Below are positions 59,806-64,000 of a DNA stretch of 64,000 nt, one piece after another; the stretch's first letter is position 1, and each line of letters opens with the position of its first letter. The translations under genes were made by a program, and so were the position numbers. The stretch lies in contig JAEUSV010000165.1 in the NCBI GenBank assembly GCA_016788485.1, forward strand, positions 15,205 through 79,204, written 5' to 3'. The DNA comes from Flavobacteriales bacterium (GTDB lineage: Bacteria; Bacteroidota; Bacteroidia; Flavobacteriales_F; PHOS-HE28). A model generated the notes under the pieces. The model was not told the DNA's origin. It ran no database searches and was given only the letters and a program-made list of their open reading frames with translations.

Positions 59806-59838
59806 GGGAAGGCCGCCCGATGGGCGGCCTTCCCATTT
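59806..59838 (+). terminator. Rho-independent-type terminator
   Basis: gggaaggccgccc (59806..59818), loop gat, gggcggccttccc (59822..59834), then attt. A perfect 13-bp stem. Confidence 0.6.
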
Positions 59839-60012
59839 CCCGGCGGTGCGTACGGCCCTGAACGGAACATGACGATCGTCTTGTTCCGGCCTTGCAGGCG
59901 CGCTACCTTCATGGCATCCTCCGCGCGCCGCGCCCAGCGCCCCGAGGTCTCGTGGCGGTGCGGCCTCCACGGTGGCACGAACCTCAACGTCCCACCCAAT
60001 CCCTTTCATGCC

Positions 60013-62142
60013 ATGCTGACCTTCGATGCGAAACACATCAAGAACATCGTCCTGCTCGGCTCCCACGGATGCGGCAAGACCACGCTGGCCGAAACCATGC
60101 TCTTCGAAGCGGGTCTGATCAAGCGCCGCGGCCGGATCGAGGACAGGAACACCGTGAGCGACTTCCACGAGATCGAGCACGAGCGGGGAAGCAGCGTGTA
60201 CGCCACCTGCCTGCACACCGAGTGGCGCAACTACAAGATCAACATCATCGACACCCCGGGGCTTGACGACCTGGTGGGCGAAACGATCCCCGCCTTGCGC
60301 GTGGCCGACACCTGCGTGCTGCTGCTGGGCGCCCACCACGGCGTGGAGGTGGGCACCGACCTGGTCTGGGACCACATCGCCCAATACGACCGTCCCGTGA
60401 TCATCGGGGTGAACGCACTGGACCACCCCAACGCCGACTTCGACACCACGGTGGCCCAGGCGAAGGAGCATTTCGGGAACGCCGTCACCGTGATGCAGTA
60501 CCCGGTGGAGCAAGGTGAAGGCTTCCACCGCATCATCGACCTGCTGAACATGACCATGTACGTGTTCAAGGACGCCGGTGGCAAGCCCGAGAAGCAGCCC
60601 ATCCCCGAAAGCGAGAAGGGGCGCGCCGAGGAGCTGCACAAGATCCTCGTGGAGAAGGCCGCGGAGAACGACGAGACGCTCATGGAGCACTACTTCGACA
60701 AGGGCGAGCTCACCGAGGACGAGATGCGCCTGGGGTTGAAGCTGGGCATGATGAAACGCACCTGCTATCCCGTGTTCGGCCTGAGCGCGCTGCGCAACAT
60801 GGGCAGCGGACGCCTGATGTCGTACATCGACAACGTGGCGCCCGCGGCCTTGGAGATGCCGGCGGAGCCGCTGGTGGGCGGCGGTGAGCTCAAGTGCCAG
60901 GCCGATGGCCCGGCCGTGCTCTTCACCTTCAAGACCGTGCAGGAGCCGCGCACCGGCCAGGTCACCTTCTTCAAGGTGATGAGCGGCACGCTGAAAGAGG
61001 GCCAGGAGCTCGTGAACGACAACACCGGCACCACCGAGCGCATCGGCCAGCTGTACATCGTGGACGGCAAGGAGCGCAAGCATGTGGACGAGCTGGCGGC
61101 CGGCGACATCGGCGCCACGCTCAAGCTGAAGGACACCGCCACGGCCCACACGCTGCATGCCCCCGGCAAGGCGATCAAGCTGCACCCCATTGCCTTCCCC
61201 GAGCCGCGCCTGCGCCTCACCATCAAGGCCGCGGACCAGAAACAGGAGGAGCGCCTCCACGCCGCCCTCCTCGAGGTCCAGAAGGAGGATCCAACCATCG
61301 TGCTGCAATACATGCGCGAGACCGGTCAGCAGGTGGTGGCCGGCCAGGGCGAACTGCACCTGAACCTGCTGAAGTGGCGGCTGGCGCACCAGTACCGCAT
61401 CGATGTGGAGTACGGCAGTCCGCGCGTGAGCTACCGCGAGACCATCCGCAGGCCCGCCGAGGCCAGCTACCGGCACAAGAAGCAGACCGGCGGTGCGGGC
61501 CAGTTCGCCGAAGTGCACCTGAAGATCGAGCCGTGGAGCCCGGACCTGCCCGAGCCCACCGGGCACAGCATCCGGGGCAAGGAGGAGCATGACCTGCCCA
61601 CCGGCGGCAAGCTCGTGTTCTACAACGCCATCGTGGGCGGCGTGATCGACACCAAGTTCATGCCCAGCATCCTCAAGGGCATCCTGGAGAAGATGGAGCG
61701 CGGCCCGCTCACCGGATCGCCCGCGCGCGACATCCGCGTGATCGTGCACGACGGCAAGATGCACGCGGTGGACAGCAACGACATCAGCTTCAAGATCGCC
61801 GGCACCATGGCCTTCCGCGAGGCCTTCACCAAGGCCGACCCGCAGCTCATGGAGCCCATCCAGGAGATCCGCGTGCGCGTGCCCGACGACCTCATGGGCG
61901 ATGTGATGACCGACCTCCAGGGCCGCCGCAGCATCGTGATGGGCGTTGACGGACAGGGACGCTTCAGCATCATCACCGCCCACACCCCGCTGGCCGAGCT
62001 CGACCGCTACAGCACCACGCTGCGCAGCCTCACCCAGGGGCGCGGCACCTACACCGAGCGCTTCCATGGCTTCCAGCCGGTGCCGGCCGAGCTGCAACAG
62101 CGCCTCATGGCCGGGCACAAGGAGGAGGAGGTGGCCGCTTGA
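60013..62142 (+). CDS. Elongation factor G paralog with degenerate GTPase motifs (EF-G2-like)
   Basis: Trimmed to MLTFDAKHIKNIVLLGSHGCGKTT at 60013. Full five-domain EF-G layout (RVSYRETI, HKKQTGGAGQFAEV, DGKMHAVDSNDISFKIAG, LMEPI). G3 reads DTPGL and G4 reads NALD. Confidence 0.88.
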   Translation: MLTFDAKHIKNIVLLGSHGCGKTTLAETMLFEAGLIKRRGRIEDRNTVSDFHEIEHERGSSVYATCLHTEWRNYKINIIDTPGLDDLVGETIPALRVADTCVLLLGAHHGVEVGTDLVWDHIAQYDRPVIIGVNALDHPNADFDTTVAQAKEHFGNAVTVMQYPVEQGEGFHRIIDLLNMTMYVFKDAGGKPEKQPIPESEKGRAEELHKILVEKAAENDETLMEHYFDKGELTEDEMRLGLKLGMMKRTCYPVFGLSALRNMGSGRLMSYIDNVAPAALEMPAEPLVGGGELKCQADGPAVLFTFKTVQEPRTGQVTFFKVMSGTLKEGQELVNDNTGTTERIGQLYIVDGKERKHVDELAAGDIGATLKLKDTATAHTLHAPGKAIKLHPIAFPEPRLRLTIKAADQKQEERLHAALLEVQKEDPTIVLQYMRETGQQVVAGQGELHLNLLKWRLAHQYRIDVEYGSPRVSYRETIRRPAEASYRHKKQTGGAGQFAEVHLKIEPWSPDLPEPTGHSIRGKEEHDLPTGGKLVFYNAIVGGVIDTKFMPSILKGILEKMERGPLTGSPARDIRVIVHDGKMHAVDSNDISFKIAGTMAFREAFTKADPQLMEPIQEIRVRVPDDLMGDVMTDLQGRRSIVMGVDGQGRFSIITAHTPLAELDRYSTTLRSLTQGRGTYTERFHGFQPVPAELQQRLMAGHKEEEVAA

Positions 62143-62164
62143 CGCGCCTTCGCAACGGGCTTTT

Positions 62165-62197
62165 CGAACGCCGGGACCTGCGTGGTCCCGGCGTTCG
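62165..62197 (+). terminator. Stem-loop terminator after the EF-G paralog
   Basis: cgaacgccgggacc (62165..62178), loop tgcgt, ggtcccggcgttcg (62184..62197). A perfect 14-bp stem with a weak T-tract. Confidence 0.5.
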
Positions 62198-62275
62198 TCG
62201 TTCAGCGCTCACCGACAGCCCCGACCATGACCGCCATCATGATCCGCGAGAACCCTCACATGCACCTTTGCGTCG

Positions 62276-62656
62276 ATGCGGACCCTCGCCCCGGTGCTGT
62301 GCGTGCTCTGGCTGCTGGCCTATGGCGCGCCGTCGTGGGTGCTGCTCCGGTTCGAGCTGGACCGCGACCGCATCGTGCGGGAGGAGTGCGTGCAGCGTGG
62401 CGTTCCCTTGGAGGAGCGCACCTGCTTCGGGCAATGCCACCTCGTGGCCGAGCTCAACGATCTCAAGGACAAGGAGGCCGGACAGGGCGCCCCGCAGCTC
62501 GCTTCGAAATGGGAGCCTGAGGCGCCTGCGAAGGATGACCACAGCGAGTTCCTGTCCAACGAAAGTGTTGCGCCGAACATGGCCCCCATGCGGGCTGAAG
62601 GCCTGTTGAGCGGCCATCCTCGCGTGGCGGAGGGCGTGCCTTGGTCGGTGGCGTGA
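62276..62656 (+). CDS. Hypothetical membrane-anchored protein with C-x(n)-C-x3-C motif
   Basis: 126 aa. N-terminal helix VLCVLWLLAYGAPSWVLL followed by IVREECVQRGVPLEERTCFGQCHL. Confidence 0.45.
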   Translation: MRTLAPVLCVLWLLAYGAPSWVLLRFELDRDRIVREECVQRGVPLEERTCFGQCHLVAELNDLKDKEAGQGAPQLASKWEPEAPAKDDHSEFLSNESVAPNMAPMRAEGLLSGHPRVAEGVPWSVA

Positions 62657-62700
62657 TCCGTGGCCTTCGGGCCGGTTACGTTCCACCTGATCCAACTTCC

Positions 62701-63627
62701 ATGATCCGTTCCCTGTTGTCGGGGGCGTTGGCCCTGGCCACGCTGCCCAGCCTTGGTTGCGACGTGTGCGGCATGTTCATGAGCCTCCAGCCGCACGACC
62801 GTACCAGCACCATCGGCCTCTCGTGGCGCATGCGCTACCGCGAAGGCACTTACACCAGCACCGGCTTCGCCCTGGCGAAGCACGGCGGTGCCGACCACGC
62901 CACGGTGGACACGCGTTACCGCGAGATCTACCAGGTGGCCGACCTGCGCGCCGACCTGTGGTTCGGGCAGCGCTGGGCGGTGCTTGGATCGCTGCCGCTC
63001 GTGAACAACTACCAGAGCGTGGACGGTCTCACCACTGCCGACATGTACGGTGTGGGCGACGCGCTGGTGATCGGGCGCTACCTCCTGGCCGGCACGCACT
63101 GCGGTCCGGAGGAGCAGCGCGCGCGCCACCGGTTGATGCTCGGCGCGGGGCTGAAGCTCCCCACGGGCGCCTCCGACCGCACGTTCAACGGCGGACCCGT
63201 GGGTCCCGACCTGCAGCCGGGCACGGGCACGGTGGATGTGCTGGGCTCGCTCGAGTACCTGTACCGCAAAGGCGCATGGGGCGCGGGGCTCAATGCGATC
63301 GGCCGGTTCAATGGCGTGCACCAAGGCTATCGCTTCGGCCACGGATTGAACCTCACGGGCGAGGCCTTCCGCCTGTTCGAGGCGCAGGCGATCCGCTTCA
63401 TGCCTTCAGCCGGCGGCTACCTGGAGCTCGCGTCCCTCGATGCAATGAACGGGGCGCCCGTGGAAGGCACGGGTGGCCCCACCCTCTTCACCCACCTCGC
63501 ATCCCGGGTGTGGTGGCGTTCCTGGTCGCTCGGCCTCACCTGGCAGCACGCTATGGTGGACAAGCAGGGCTCCATGATGGTGCCCAACCGCGAACGCGTG
63601 ATCATCGGGATCTCCTACAACATCTGA
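62701..63627 (+). CDS. Putative outer-membrane beta-barrel transporter (MetA/phenol-degradation-like) with N-terminal CxxCG
   Basis: Trimmed to MIRSLLSGALALATLPSLGCDVCG at 62701. Contains GAGLKLPTGASD and PGTGTVDVLGSLEYLY, and ends in IIGISYNI. Confidence 0.65.
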   Translation: MIRSLLSGALALATLPSLGCDVCGMFMSLQPHDRTSTIGLSWRMRYREGTYTSTGFALAKHGGADHATVDTRYREIYQVADLRADLWFGQRWAVLGSLPLVNNYQSVDGLTTADMYGVGDALVIGRYLLAGTHCGPEEQRARHRLMLGAGLKLPTGASDRTFNGGPVGPDLQPGTGTVDVLGSLEYLYRKGAWGAGLNAIGRFNGVHQGYRFGHGLNLTGEAFRLFEAQAIRFMPSAGGYLELASLDAMNGAPVEGTGGPTLFTHLASRVWWRSWSLGLTWQHAMVDKQGSMMVPNRERVIIGISYNI

Positions 63628-63647
63628 AACCTACCTCATCTCCGAAC

Positions 63648-64000
63648 ATGAAAAAGCAACTTCTCTTCGCCCTGATGACGGGCGCTGTGCTAACTGCCTG
63701 CAAGAAGGACGACCCGGCCACACCCGCCGCGGACCCCTCGGCCACCATCAAGGTCTCCTACACCTTCGTGAACGGAACGCAGCCCTTCACCCTGGACAGC
63801 ACCGTCACCGACAGCCTCGGCCGCAAGGTGCGCTTCTCGGTGGCACGCTTCCTTACTTCCTCCTACCACATGAAGGATGATGCGCACACGGTGATCGGCG
63901 ACTACCACGACCGCTACATCCTGGCCGACGCAGCGGTGGCGTCCAACCTGTACACCCTGGGGACGATCACACCGCAGCACACCCACAGCCTGGAACTGCA
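63648..64000 (+). CDS. MbnP-like lipoprotein, partial (continues past right window edge)
   Basis: Not in the track because it runs off the edge. My translation from ATG 63648 is MKKQLLFALMTGAVLTACKKDDPATPAADPSATIKVSYTFVNGTQPFTLDSTVTDSLGRKVRFSVARFLTSSYHMKDD. A lipobox followed by the beta-sandwich opening is reminiscent of Bacteroidota MbnP-family proteins. Confidence 0.5.
   Translation, partial: MKKQLLFALMTGAVLTACKKDDPATPAADPSATIKVSYTFVNGTQPFTLDSTVTDSLGRKVRFSVARFLTSSYHMKDDAHTVIGDYHDRYILADAAVASNLYTLGTITPQHTHSLEL

Noticed and set aside
59722-62118. 798-aa minus-strand ORF antisense to the EF-G paralog
   Set aside because: Shadow ORF. The plus-strand EF-G domain architecture is unambiguous.

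Overview
High-GC chromosomal segment from a Bacteroidota-type bacterium. Hand counts of single 60-nt lines mostly give 63-70% G+C. The lineage call rests on a T9SS C-terminal sorting domain, the DUF1573, DUF4835, DUF5683 and DUF3276 families, a long NusB, TAnnTTTG promoter boxes, and the gene orders parA-parB-DUF5683-dapB-lepB and bamD-rpoZ-coaBC-DUF4835-recN. The window is densely coding. I support about 62 protein-coding genes, several stem-loop terminators and a few promoter-like boxes. I found no rRNA, tRNA, CRISPR array, transposase or integrase. Most genes are housekeeping: gyrA, clpC, a DEAD-box helicase, a cyclophilin, coaE, yajC, nusB, a Leu-dehydrogenase family enzyme, an ABC exporter, parAB, dapB, two lepB copies, fabI, recN, coaBC, rpoZ and bamD. 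Six stretches deserve a second look. (1) 11.0-22.9 kb is a SusC/D-less locus holding glycosylasparaginase, an MFS permease, a ROK kinase, GH92, GH2 beta-mannosidase, CutC and a modular T9SS cargo protein; together these would dismantle the N-glycan core. (2) 43.2-48.5 kb is a tightly linked pair: a periplasmic TPR/Ig/caspase-like protein whose catalytic Cys is replaced by Ala, followed by a double beta-propeller/Y_Y_Y/TM/class III adenylate cyclase. (3) A roughly 0.65-kb low-GC islet (about 45-60% GC) sits between fabI and recN and carries a single orphan membrane-protein ORF with foreign codon usage. (4) An EF-G paralog has degenerate GTPase motifs (DTPGL instead of DTPGH, NALD instead of NKxD). 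(5) An ECF sigma/anti-sigma pair is led by a secreted protein of unknown function. (6) An MbnP-like lipoprotein cluster lies at the right edge. Many very long ORFs in the track are antisense 'shadow' ORFs typical of high-GC DNA, and I rejected them. All homology statements come from motif recognition by eye. No database search was run.
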